From: Paraspadella gotoi
Lineage: Eukaryota > Animalia > Chaetognatha
DNA: 64,000 bases
Direction: 5' to 3'
Assembly (NCBI GenBank): GCA_051294375.1
Contig: CM119269.1
Coordinates: 4,794,686-4,858,685 of the forward strand
The position numbers were made by a program, and so were the translations under genes. The notes under the pieces are model-generated. The model saw nothing but the letters and a program-made list of their open reading frames with translations, ran no database searches and was not told the DNA's origin. This document shows positions 29,565 to 42,488 of the stretch, piece after piece (within the stretch, counting starts at the first letter, position 1; every line of letters begins with the position of its first letter).

Positions 29565-30732
29565 AAATTGAAACTTCAGATTTACGGACATCCGATCACG
29601 TTTTCCTGTCAAAGACAGTCTCCCGACCGCACATACCGCCTTCGCTCGTCTTTTCGCCCTCTCCTTGTCTTTTTTCTTCCTCTCCCCCTTTCCTTCTTTT
29701 TCTTCCTTTCCTCCTTCTTAAACCTTCAATTCCTCCTTCTCTTTCTTCCTTTCCTCCCTGCTCTTTCTCCTTTTCTTCTCCTGTCCTTTCATCCTTCCAT
29801 CCCTTCCTCCTTTCCCTCCTCTCTCCCTTTTCCCTTCATTTTCCCCTTCCTCCCCTTCTCCTCTCTTTCTTCCTTGGCCATTCCCTCTCCTTCTTTTTCC
29901 TTCCATTCCTCCCTTTCCTTCTTTTTCCTCCTTCCTCCCTCTCCTTCTTTTTTCTTCTTTCCTCCCTCTCTGCGAAAGCCAGTTTTTCTTCATTTTTCTC
30001 CTTCTTCCCTCACTACGTTTCACCCCTCAATCCACTTTTTCTTCCTCCGCTTCTTCTTTCTTTATTTTTATTCTGTCAATAACAAATTCAAACTTTGAAA
30101 TATTACATGTCGTATATTATAAATTATTTAACCTTGTTTAAACCTTAATAGTCGGAAAACACATTTATTCAAGCACTTACAACATACATTTTTTCCCCCG
30201 TAAAAAATAGAATAAACGTGTGGCTCACGCAAGAATTATTTAGAAGTAATGAGTTTAAGTTTCGTATTTTGAAAAAAAGATAAATGAAATCAGAATTGGA
30301 AAATCTTCCCTCCTACCTCAAAATTATTCTCCCATTCCTCTCTCAAACGTTTCCTTTAATCCCTCACTTCTTCTTCACAATTCCTATTATTATTTTTCAC
30401 TTTCCTTTCTCTTTCTTCTCTCTCCTGGTCTTTCTTTTCTCTTTCTTATTTGCCTCCGTCCCTATTTCATTTCTCCGTTTTCTCCTCTCAAATTTGCCTC
30501 CCTTTCCCTCTCTTTTTCATCTCTCAATTCCTCCTTCCCTTCCTCTCACTCTCCCCCCCGTACAACACGGCACCATCTGGTTGTGCCAAGAATCCCTTCC
30601 CCATTTGGATTTAATGAATTGGAAAGAAAAAAAAATCATTGATGAAAAACCCGAGACGAGTTCATGCATAAAGAAGGAAAAAAAAAGGAAGCTACTTACC
30701 AAACGTCGGGCGCCTCTCTTCGTCTAACTTAC

Positions 30733-30998
30733 CTCTACCCTCACCTAAACTCCCTCCTTCCCAGGGGTACCGTACCCCCTTGCCTCCTTACCCCCCTGGA
30801 GCCTTCGACCACCGAAGGGACTTGGTCCTCCCCCAACTTGGAAACAAAGGAACGGTTACTGTTTTTGTGTTTGGGCATTTTTATTAGCGTAACCTTTTGT
30901 TTGACTGACAGACTGAAAGTCATTACGGGAGTAGAGACGCGAGAGACAAAGGCGCGTGTATTTGCGTTGAAGATAGCGATAGACAGACAGGACATGTA
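30733..30998 (-). CDS. Candidate exon resembling a TM end plus cytoplasmic tail (copy at ~35450-35704)
   Basis: CT tract plus catttccag acceptor; phase-1 frame HVLSVYRYLQRKYTRLCLSRLYSRNDFQSVSQTKGYANKN; possible donor GAG|GTAAGT at 30733. Confidence 0.45.
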
Positions 30999-31063
30999 CT
31001 GGAAATGACAACACGGGAGGAGAGAGAGAGAGAAGAGAAGAGAGAGAGAGAGAGAGAGAGAGT

Positions 31064-31106
<43 letters not shown>

Positions 31107-32004
31107 AGAACAAAAATTGGGAAGCGGATTTGTAAAATCGATATTTTTTCCTTTTCTTTCCTGTCCAGCTCACACCCCCCCCTCATCCGCCTTCCTCGTC
31201 TTCTCTCTCTCTCTCCCCTCTCTCTCTCTTCTCTCTCTCTCTCTCTCGTCTCTCTTTTCTCTCTTCTCTCTCTCTCTCTCTCCCAAAAAAAGAGNNNNNN
31301 NNNNNNNNNNNNNNNNNNNTCTCTCTCTCCTACCTTTTTATTTCCTCTCTGTCTCATTCATTCCGTCTCTCTCCCCCTCCTTCTCTATCTCTCTCTCTCC
31401 CTCCCTCCGTGCTCCTCCGCCATCTTGGATTCGAGTCACGTGCCACAAAACGCGGCAATCACTCTTGATCCGGAGTCGGCGCAAACGCCAGAGGCCAAAA
31501 CTCCAAACGACTTCATAGGTGAACCTTTTTTTTTCGAAATCTGTCTGGCGCGTCTCACTTTGGTGGTCGTGACATCGCGTCTCGCTCTCCCTTCAACTCT
31601 CCCTCAGGGTCGTAGTTCTCTCCTTCTCTTCTTTTTCCTCTCAGCGTCGTACATCGCGGATCTTCGATTCGCTCGACGCCATCAGGAGCTTTATTTTCTC
31701 AAATACATTAGTTTTACTTTAAATATAAATTCAATTAGTATTTTTTTGATTTTTTCTCTTCCCGCCCACAATCGCCTCCGCCGGCCTCACTCAACATCCC
31801 TTATCCTCGATCAACATCCTTCAACACCCCATCGTCACCCCTGACCCCTTTTTCGACCGGGTTCTCTTGGACGTCTGTTTTCCGAGAAATCTTTAAACGC
31901 TGGTCATTCGGCGCGAATCCAAAACAAAAGATCAAGAGGCCAAATCGAAGTTGAACCCTTAGTTTAATTACGACTATGGAAAGAGACGTACAGAAAATAG
32001 GGAC

Positions 32005-32085
32005 AGAGACTGACGGACAGACAGTCCAATTGACAGACAGACGGACAGACAGACAGACTGACGGACAGACAGTCCAATTGACAAA
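32005..32085. repeat. (GACA/GACG)n tract with internal direct repeat
   Basis: GACTGACGGACAGACAGTCCAATTGACA occurs twice (32008, 32056). Confidence 0.75.
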
Positions 32086-32443
32086 TAAAAAAAAAACGCC
32101 CAATGATAAAAAGATTGGTTGTAACAATTTCACATATATCTACGTAGCAAAGACAGACTTCACAAAACAGAATAAAAAGACAGTGAGACCGATAGACAGA
32201 AAGACAGATATGTCAATGGATCGATTGACAAATGGTCCTGAATCAAACGATAATATTTCTCGGGAAAAAAAAACGAAACATAAGTAGAAGAGAAGAAGAA
32301 AGAAGCTTTGGTACAAAACGAAGAGGGAGAAACTAAATTTTCATCCATTAAACCAGAATTTGGACTAAATCAATATTTTTTTGGGGGGGAAGAATTCTTT
32401 ATTTTTTTTCTCTTCTTCGTGTCATGTCTCTTTGGTCCTCTCT

Positions 32444-32553
<110 letters not shown>

Positions 32554-33432
32554 TTTTAATGGAGGCGACTTTTCTTCGATAAAAGCAAAAGTTAAAGAAG
32601 AAAAAAAAATAGTCCCAAAAAAAAATCGAGTCGAATAAAAGTAAAAAAAAAATTAGAGAAAAGAGAAACCGAGTTTTTCACGGATTAAAGACAAAACGAA
32701 ATAATGAGTTTAGAGATTTTTGAAAAAGAAGAAAAAAGGAAATTCTCTTTTTTTCATTTCAGAATTATAAGTTTTGCTTTAGATTTAAATTTGAATATTC
32801 TATATTATTTTACAAGCTTTATTATGGCAAAAAACATTAGTTGGAACAAACGTCAAATAATTAGAAAATTTAGGGAATCATCTATATTTAAAATTTTGCC
32901 CACACAAGAGCGAAGTTGTATTTTAGATACTGACTTATTTACGATTTTTTCAATAACCATCTTGCTGTTGACATACTTATTACTTTTTCAATTGACAGTG
33001 TCTGCGATTGATTCCTAATTGTTAAATTTTGTTAATTATCTTTCTATTTTTAGTGCTATTAGTCTTGCTGAATGCTTTTTAGTGTTTTACGCGTTAAATT
33101 GTTTTTTCTTTTATTTCAGAAAAAAAATCTTCTTGCTGTTGATATATATGTTTGTTTACATCTGTATCATAATTCTTTATTATCTGTCTAATACTTTTTG
33201 TCTGTTTTCTTAACATAAATAAGAATATTTTTAATTGATAATTAGTGCTCTCTGACTCTGCTCGGATCATTAATATTTTCTCCTGACTGAGGAAAATACT
33301 AAGCGCTTCATTTTATAGGATCCTCTCAGGCGACCTGCTTCACTACGTATACATTTTTCAGTGATTTATATGTCAATATCACTCTGATTCGCATGACCTC
33401 ACGTCACCTCACACGCCCCCCCACCGACTCAC

Positions 33433-33567
33433 CGACGCCATCGTTGACCGTCTTCGTCGTTTGCCGATCAATGAACCCGGGCAGAACATTGTGAGTCCAC
33501 GTGATCCGCGGCGTGGCCAGACTGTGATGCACCATGACGAGGCACGTGATTCGCACGTGGGTCGCCC
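33433..33567 (-). CDS. Exon encoding the N-terminal half of an immunoglobulin-like domain
   Basis: CT tract plus ttctcccag| ... GTCG|GTGAGT; 135 nt, phase 1-1. ATHVRITCLVMVHHSLATPRITWTHNVLPGFIDRQTTKTVNDGV contains the Ig B-strand VxITC and C-strand PxITW. Confidence 0.8.
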
Positions 33568-33644
33568 CTGGGAGAATTGGAGAGAGAGAGAGAGAGACAG
33601 AGAGAGAAAAGTTAGTTCCTTCGTGGGTATCACACAATTTCTCA

Positions 33645-33694
<50 letters not shown>

Positions 33695-36201
33695 TTTTTC
33701 GCTTCCCTTATCTAACATTAATAATCTGATTGTCTCAGTCCTACATTCTTTATTTCACATCATTGGTTCATTCCCCTTTCCGTACTTAATCACCCTTTAT
33801 CAACATCGCCGTTCCATTCGGCTTTAATTATCCCCGATACAATTTCCTTTACAATAAAGTTTTTACAATGCGTCTTAATGTCGTTTTCTCGTCTCGAAAA
33901 TGAGTTTCCACCGACGAAAGCTTTTTAACTCCGTTAATTACTTAAAACTTTTAAAAACTCCCGGTGATTCGGCAAACCTTAATTACCGGCTGTAAATCTT
34001 GCTTATCGTTTGGTCGGGAGTCATTTATATAATGTAGTTTAAAAAAAAAAGTTAAAAAAAGAAAAAAAAAAAGAAAGTAGAAAAGAAGGCTCTAATGGCG
34101 ACCGTAAAATGCTGATTAACACTTGCTAATGATATCCTTAACTTTCTCTCCCTCTCTCTCTTTTCTTTTTCTCTATNNNNNNNNNNNNNNNNNNNNNNNN
34201 NNNNNNNNNNNNNNNNNNNNNNNNNNNNNNNNNNNNNNNNNNNNNNNNNNNNNNNNNNNNNNNNNNNNNNNNNNNNNNNNNNNNNNNNNNNNNNNNNNNN
34301 NNNNNNNNNNNNNNNNNNNNNNNNNNNNNNNNNNNNNNNNNNNNNNNNNNNNNNNNNNNNNNNNNNNNNNNNNNNNNNNNNNNNNNNNNNNNNNNNNNNN
34401 NNNNNNNNNNNNNNNNNNNNNNNNNNNNNNNNNNNNNNNNNNNNNNNNNNNNNNNNNNNNNNNNNNNNNNNNNNNNNNNNNNNNNNNNNNNNNNNNNNNN
34501 NNNNNNNNNNNNNNNNNNNNNNNNNNNNNNNNNNNNNNNNNNNNNNNNNNNNNNNNNNNNNNNNNNNNNNNNNNNNNNNNNNNNNNNNNNNNNNNNNNNN
34601 NNNNNNNNNNNNNNNNNNNNNNNNNNNNNNNNNNNNNNNNNNNNNNNNNNNNNNNNNTTTCCTCCCTCTCCTTCTTTTTTCTTCTTTCCTCCCTCTCTGC
34701 CGAAGCCATTTTTCTTCATTTTTCTCCTTCTTCCCTCACTACTGTTTTCCCCCTCAATCCACTTTTTCTTCCTCGCTTCTTCTTTCTTTATTTATTATTC
34801 TGTCAATAACAAATTCAACTTTGAAATATTACATGTCGTATATTATAAATATTAACCTTGTTTAACCTTAATAGTCGGAAAACATTTATTCAAGCAACTT
34901 ACAACATACATTTTTTCCCCCGTAAAAAATAGAATAAACGTGTGGCTCACCGACAAGAATTATTTAGAAGTAATGAGTAAGTTCTTCGTATTTTGAAAAA
35001 AGATAAATGAAATCAGAATTGAAAATCTTCCCTCCTACCTCAAAATTTTCTCCATTCCTCTCTCAAACGTTTTTCCTTTAATCCCTCACTTCTTCTTCAC
35101 AATTCCTATTATTATTTTTCACTTTCCTTCTCTTTTCTTCTCTCTCCTGCTTTCTTTTCTCTTTCTTATTTTGCCTCCGTCCCTATTTCATTTCTCCTTT
35201 CTTTCCTCTCAAAGTTTGCCTCCCTTTCCCTCTCTTTTCATCTCTCATTCCTCCTTCCCTTCCTCTCACTCTCCCCCCCCCGTACAACAGCGGGCACCAT
35301 CTGTTTGTGCCAAGATCCCTTCCCCATTTCGATAATGAATGGAAAGAAAAAAAAATCATTGATGAAAAACCCGAGACGAGTTTCATGCATAAAGAAGGAA
35401 AAAGAAAAGGAAGCTACTACAACTCGGGCCTCGTCTTCGTCTAACTTACCCTCTACCCCTCACCTAAACTCCCTTTTCCCAGGGGGTACCGTACCCCCTT
35501 GCCTCCTTACCCCCCTGGAGCCTTCGACACCGAAGGACTGGTTTCCTCCCCAACTTGGAAACAAAGAACGGGACTGTTTTGTGTTGGGATTTTTATTAGC
35601 GGAACCTTTTGTTTGACTGACAGACTGAAAGTCATACGGGAGAGAGAGCGAGAGACAAAGGCGCGTGTATTGGTTGAAGATAGCGATAGACAGACAGACA
35701 TGTACTGAAATGNNNNNNNNNNNNNNNNNNNNNNNNNNNNNNNNNNNNNNNNNNNNNNNNNNNNNNNNNNNNNNNNNNNNNNNNNNNNNNNNNNNNNNNN
35801 NNNNNNNNNNNNNNNNNNNNNNNNNNNNNNNNNNNNNNNNNNNNNNNNNNNNNNNNNNNNNNNNNNNNNNNNNNNNNNNNNNNNNNNNNNNNNNNNNNNN
35901 NNNNNNNNNNNNNNNNNNNNNNNNNNNNNNNNNNNNNNNNNNNNNNNNNNNNNNNNNNNNNNNNNNNNNNAACAGAATTATCGCCCTTTTGACAAGAGTA
36001 ACGATATTTTAAGCATTGTAAAAACGTTTTAATATGTTAACAAATACTGTTACTAAGCAGGTTTAGCATAGTAACCGTTTCTTTGACGAACATCAATGAC
36101 TTTTGCAACTAAAACGAAAAAAGCTAAAAATTTTAAAACAGAAACAGAAAAGAAAGACTTTTTCATTCTGTGTCTTTCTTTCTCTCTCTCTCTCCATCTC
36201 C

Positions 36202-36323
<122 letters not shown>

Positions 36324-36651
36324 AACTTCGATTGTACGGCCCGATCACGTTTCTGTCAAAGACAGTCCGACCGCGGCTCCGCCTTCGCTCGCTCTTTCGC
36401 CCTCTCCTTCTTTTTTCTCCTCTCCTCCCTTTCCTTCTTTTTCTTCCTTTCCTCCTTCTNNNNNNNNNNNNNNNNNNNNNNNNNNNNNNNNNNNNNNNNN
36501 NNNNNNNNNNNNNNNNNNNNNNNNNNNNNNNNNNNNNNNNNNNNNNNNNNNNNNNNNNNNNNNNNNNNNNNNNNNNNNNNNNNNNNNNNNNNNNNNNNNN
36601 NNNNNNNNNNNNNNNNNNNNNNNNNNNNNNNNNNNNNNNNNNNNNNNNNNN

Positions 36652-37116
36652 GAGCCTCGCCATTTTTGTTGATGTTGAATTGCAGACACCCCATCCGTTT
36701 ACCAACGCACAGTAAAAGCGTTTTATAGTCAGTAACGCTTCATTATATAAATTGAGACGTAAAAACGCATCTTTAAATAAATATACTGGTTCGTTATTGT
36801 TGCTTCCCATTTCCCATTTCTTTTCTTCCTTCAGACTCACTCCTTTCTTAAACCACGAACGAAAAGAATCAATGGAGAGACAGAAAGACAGACAGTTGGC
36901 GTCTATCCCTCCTCATTAAGACCCCGCCATCATTGCTTGAAAATACAAGTTGATTGCCAGGCCCTTGTCTTCGTTTTTTTTTATTCCTCCGCGTTTTAAT
37001 TCCATCTCGTTAATGGGATGCCAACCCTTTATGGTTTTTTTTTTTTAACCACAAGGGTTAGTTTTTATGGGTGCTCTCTGTTTCTCTGTAGCTTCTTTTT
37101 ATTCCCTTTTTTTTCT

Positions 37117-37158
<42 letters not shown>

Positions 37159-37333
37159 ATTCTCTCCCCCTACCATCATTTTTCTCCCCCTCTATATTTC
37201 AGATTCATTTTTCACGCCGGGTCTGGCGGCGCGCGGGGACGGCGGCGCGGAGAAGGCGGCGCTTTTTTCGAAATGGCGCTCTCAATACATCAAGAACCTT
37301 GGCAACCGTCATCGTCGCTATCTCTTCGCCTAA
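36652..37333 (+). CDS. Candidate three-exon 3' end of a + strand gene (other copies 26735-27490 and 39414-40146)
   Basis: Acceptors ttccttcag (36834) and tatttcag (37202). Open frames SLAIFVDVELQTPHP, THSFLKPRTKRINGETERQTVGVYPSSLRPRHHCLKIQVDCQ and DSFFTPGLAARGDGGAEKAALFSKWRSQYIKNLGNRHRRYLFA-stop. Donors and phases not resolved. Confidence 0.35.
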
Positions 37334-38387
37334 GACTTTTCTCCTTGAATTTTTTCTTTCTTTTTCTCTCTTCGCTGACTCGTTCTCCCATGACGCTCAT
37401 CCCCGTCTCCCTTAACTCATGGCATTTTATATTAGTCCGTCAATAGGACCACACAGTCTTACATGTATTAACATTTTCCCACATTGCTGCATTCGTTTCT
37501 CCCCAAACTCCAAACAACATAAAAGATCCTAAAGATAGTCTACTCATTTAAAATGGCTGAATTTCACACGATTCAGAAAATTTCCTCAATTTCTGTAACG
37601 ATACAATCGCGCAAGCAGCCACACTAACAACGAACTTAAAAACTTCCAACCGGTTCCATATCACAGTTGTTGGTACTTGGTTGGTACAACGTCTCCTCAG
37701 TAAACTGGCGACCCCAAAACCTCGTCAAACGCCTTCGAACCGAAGAAGTCCCGAAACCCTTCGAACCTCCAAGCCCTGATCCCCACAATCCCAACTAAAG
37801 GCCAATATCTTCTTTCCATCTCGTTACAGTTTATATACCCACGGCGCAGCATCATTAACGCTGCCGTTCTATCGCTCACCCATCTCTTTGTCACCGGCTC
37901 GATATTCACAAATTATACTCCGTTCACTCCTGGTTGCTCGCCTTCTATAGAACAATACTAACTAAAATATACGCTGTCTTAACATTATAGTGTATAACAT
38001 ACTATTTTTTATAATGAACGTTTATTGTCTTTAAAATGGACTAAAGAGTTCCAGGTAAAAATAAAATTATTTTTGCCAGATATGATAGGCTATGATAACA
38101 TTTTATAACTACTTAGTACTCACTTTTACCTAAAACCTTCAATTCCTTCACAATCTTCACTTACCTCTCGCTCCACCTCTCACCCTTCGCCCCTTACCTC
38201 ATCCTCATCCCAACTCGGGCTCTGCAACAAAAAGCTTAAGCGACGTTTAGCAGAGACAAGAGAGCAACCATTAAATCCGGAGACAGTGAACTCGAGGCGG
38301 TAATAGAAATGAGTGGAAATCTGTCTTTCATTAGAAGTCCTTTTCTTTGGTAGCAGAAAGAGAGAAAGAGAGAAAGAAAAAGAGAGA

Positions 38388-38424
<37 letters not shown>

Positions 38425-38425
38425 T

Positions 38426-38486
<61 letters not shown>

Positions 38487-38974
38487 TTCGAGTTTTCACG
38501 TTGAAATTCAAAATGGCAGTTTCCCTTTTTTTCGTCGACTTTTTTTTTTCGTCATTTTATTCGGTCATTTTCGAATCAATCGAGAAACGTTTTCTTTGTG
38601 ACAAATGGAGATGGAGTCACGACCAACGTTTTTGCGCGTTAGATTTTGAGCGGGAAAGTTCAACAAAATAAAAAAGCTTCAAAAAAGGAATTTTGAGTAA
38701 AGAATAAAAAAGGCGCATAAAAAAAATTTAAAATCAAGTCACCCTTTAATACTTAGAAAAAAGCTAATTGCAATAAAACTACTTTTTCACAATTTAGTGT
38801 TGATAAAAAAAAAAAAACAAAACTGATTACAGAATAAAACCGATGCGAAGAAAACAAGAGAGAGAAAGAAGAAAAAACGATGTGAGATATTTTCGGGGCA
38901 AGGGATTCCATTGTGGGCCTGTGCCTCCCAGGGGCCTCGCTACGGCCCTGTATCCATCACTTTAAAACTCTCTC

Positions 38975-39043
<69 letters not shown>

Positions 39044-39184
39044 TCTCTCTCTCTCTCAACTGCGTCTATGCTAATTTTTTTGCATCCTTCCCCTTTTTAA
39101 AGAGTTTCAGCGTTTTTCTTTTTTTATATTTGCTCTTTTTTTCGACAACCTATTTTGCTCTTTCTCTCCCTCTCTATCCCCCCC

Positions 39185-39248
<64 letters not shown>

Positions 39249-39261
39249 ATCTCTGCTCTCC

Positions 39262-39304
<43 letters not shown>

Positions 39305-39307
39305 TCA

Positions 39308-39348
<41 letters not shown>

Positions 39349-40544
39349 TCTCTCTCTTCTGCTACCAAAGAAAAAGACTCAATGGAAAGACAGATTTCAC
39401 TCATTTCTCATTAGAGCCTCGCCCATTTTTGTTGATGTTGAATTGCAGACACCCCATCCGTCTTACCAACGCACAGTAAAGCGTTTTATAGTCAGTAACG
39501 CTTCATTATTATAAAAATTGGACGTTAAAACGGCATTTAAAGATAATATACTGGTTCGTTATTGTTTGCTTCCCATTTCCTTTCATTTTTTTTCTTACTT
39601 CAGACTCACTCCTTTCTTAAAAACCACGAAATCTGAAAAGAATCAATGGAGAGACAGAAAGAAGACAGTTGGCGTCTATCCCTCCTCATTAAGACCCCGC
39701 CATCATTGCTTGAAAATACAAGTTGATTGCCAGGCCTTGTCTGTCTTCGTTTTTTTTTTATTCCTCCTGCGTTTTTAATTCCATCTCGTTAATGGGATGC
39801 CAACCTTTATGGTTTTTTTTTTTTAACCACAAGGGTTAGTTTTTTATGGGTGCTCTCTGTTCTCTGTAGCTTCTTTTTTATTCCCTTTTTTTTCTTTATC
39901 TTTTCCTCTCTCTCTCTCTCTCTGCCTCTCTTCTCTATCTCCCTCTCTCTCTCTCTCTCTCCTCATTCCTCTCCCCCTACCATCATTTTTCTCACCCCTC
40001 TATATTTTCAGATTCATTTTTCCACGCCGGGTCTGGCGGCGACGCGGGACGGCGGCGCGGAGGAAGGCGGCGCTTTTTTCGAAATGGCGCTCTTCAATAA
40101 CATCAAGAACCTTGGCAACCGTCATCGTCGCTATCTCTTTCCCTAAGACTTTTCTCCTTGAATTTTTTCTTTCTTTTTTCTACTNNNNNNNNNNNNNNNN
40201 NNNNNNNNNCTCTCCACGATGTATTCACAGAAGGAAAGAAGCGAAAAAGATGTTTTTTACAAAATGATTGATGCTTTCGCCGACGTCGTCGTCGTCGTCG
40301 TCGTCATCGTCGTCATCGTCTTTCGTAAGAAGACGAGACAAGGCGATGAGGCAATAAAGAGTGGGCAATACTCGTGGGTTGAGGGGAAAAGGGGAAGAAA
40401 GTTTGAAAGAAAAAGGGAGAGGAAAAGAGCGCGAGAATGGGAGGTAGAAAGAGAGGGAGAGGAAAAAAAAAGAGAGAAGGACGAGATGAGGAAAGAAAGA
40501 GAGACGAATTAAGAAACTGAAGATGTGAAAAAGAAAATCGAATA

Positions 40545-40868
40545 TTGTGATAAGTGATGAACGAGTAAGCGTTGTGATTAAACGCTCGTGACCCGGATGT
40601 TCAGCCACAGCAGAAGAGTGAGGCAAAAAAAAAAGCGTGAGGCAAAGCAGAACGGGTAAGGTCGTGAGGCGACGTTGAGGGAGGCGGAGTTGGGTGAGGC
40701 AGCAGCGATGAGTGAGCCGTGATAGACTGATACGTCGAAGGGAGAGGAAGCGAAGGGTAAGTCGGGTTTGGGTGAGGGAGCGAAAGGGAGAATCTTTCTG
40801 GGTCAAAAGGTCAACTCGAATCCAGACTCAAATTGTTCCGCTCCCTTTTTATGGCCTCCCACTTCCAA
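40545..40868 (-). CDS. LRR-like exon, copy 2
   Basis: acag| at 40869; PFRSLTQTRLTLRFLSL...CLTQLRL. The open frame of copy 1 starts in phase 2, matching the upstream exon 41835-41973; this copy needs indel correction. Confidence 0.45.
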
Positions 40869-41514
40869 CTGTTTTTTTTTTTTAAATGACGAAACCGCCC
40901 CTTTTTTTCTCCCTACCCTCAAGAGCCCGAGCGGCACGGTCTTCGAAGCCCCCTACCGGCAAACCTCCCCCCCTTCCTATCCCTCTGTCCATCTCCCCTT
41001 AAAACGAATCAGAGTTGCGTTTTCCTCATGAACGTTTTCGATATTAAGGCAGAAACGAGATTTCGCGCGCACAGTTCCGTTTCTTTGTTTTTTTCTTTCC
41101 GAAACAGAACCGTGTTTTTTTTTGTTTTTTTTTTGTGTGTATGTGTGTCTTTGTCATTATTTAACAGTTCTGCATCTTTTCCTCGGTTTTTCTTTTGAAA
41201 AAGAGAAACTGAAACATCATTTATCTTTATTAAACGACGATTCTCAGTCGAAGGAGGAAGCGCACTCTTTGAACGTAACATTTAATTAATTAAATTGTGG
41301 AGCAACATAGACGCTTAGCTTTTGTATTCCCCAAAACAATATTATGCCTAAAATTTAAGAACAAGGCCGAACAATGAAGCGGTAACAATGAGGTTTAAGA
41401 TTGACTGAGAGAAAGAGAGNNNNNNNNNNNNNNNNNNNNNNNNNNNNNNNNNNNNNNNNNNNNNNNNNNNNNNNNNNNNNNNNNNNNNNNNNNNNNNNNN
41501 NNNNNNNNNNNNNT

Positions 41515-41830
41515 CGTCATCACAATCATTTTGATTGTCATCGTCGGCATCATCATCTTAGTCGTCGACGTCATCTTTTTTGTCTTCATCATGATGTAGA
41601 CTACGTCGTTGTCATTATTATCGTCGTCGTCAAAATCGTCGTTCTCTTCTTCTTCGTCATCACAATCATTGCCGGACACATTCTCAAAAGCGTCTATGCG
41701 AGAGACTTTTCAGGTAATCATTTTGGTTGTCATCGTCGTCATCATAACCTTAGTCGTCGACGTCATCTTTTTTGTCATCATCATCATGTCATCATTGTCA
41801 TTATTATCGTCGTCGTCGTCATCGTCGTCC
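41515..41830. repeat. Two ~190-bp CAT/CGT-rich tandem units
   Basis: AATCATTTTG.TTGTCATCGTCG.CATCAT...TTAGTCGTCGACGTCATCTTTTTTGTC at 41524 and 41716. Confidence 0.8.
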
Positions 41831-41834
41831 TCAC

Positions 41835-41973
41835 CTGTTGGGCAGAAACGGAAGGAGTTTTCGGATCCTGAAAGTTTTGACGCAGAGATCGTCGGGACCG
41901 TGGATGTTGAGGGAAAAGCTGGAGGAGGCGACGACGTGGGAGAGGAATGTCTTGTTGATGTAGAGGGTCGCTT
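41835..41973 (-). CDS. Internal exon with an LRR-like (or Ig E-strand-like) segment
   Basis: cctccatccag|AA ... AACAG|GTGAGG; 139 nt, phase 1 to 2, stop-free and C-ending-codon rich: ATLYINKTFLSHVVASSSFSLNIHGPDDLCVKTFRIRKLLPFLPN. Confidence 0.75.
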
Positions 41974-42455
41974 CTGGATGGAGGAGGGGGGGGAGGCGAG
42001 GTTGGGAAAGAAAAGGAAGGGAGAAGAAGGGAGGAAGAGAACAAGGAAAGGTTGACGAGAGAGTATGAAAGGAAAAGAGGAACGCGATAGAAATGGGAGA
42101 AAGGAAAGAAAAGTAAAAGAAAGGAAAGTAAAGGAAAGACAGAAAAAGTTTGGATCAAGGAAAGACAAAATAGTTACAGTAAAAAGAGAAAGATAGAAAA
42201 GAGATTAAGGAAAAGGCGGAGGTCGACGAAAAAGGAAAAAGGAAAAAGGAAAAAGGAAAAGGCGGATGTCGACGAAGAAAAAAAGTAGGGAAAAGAGAGA
42301 AAGTGAGATCGTAAGTTGTTTTTTAATATCAACGCAAAAGTTGCTTCACAACGAGAGAAAAAAAAAGATTTCGTGAAACTCGGAAATCCAGGGAATTGGG
42401 GACCGAGGAACAACTCCCGATTGATTTAAATAGGGAGGTTACAATCTTATTTTAG

Positions 42456-42488
<33 letters not shown>

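Noticed and set aside
40560-40670. Signal peptide plus HERLI, resembling a Cys-loop receptor N-terminus
   Set aside because: Not preserved in the duplicate at 25.6 kb; probably produced by indel noise.
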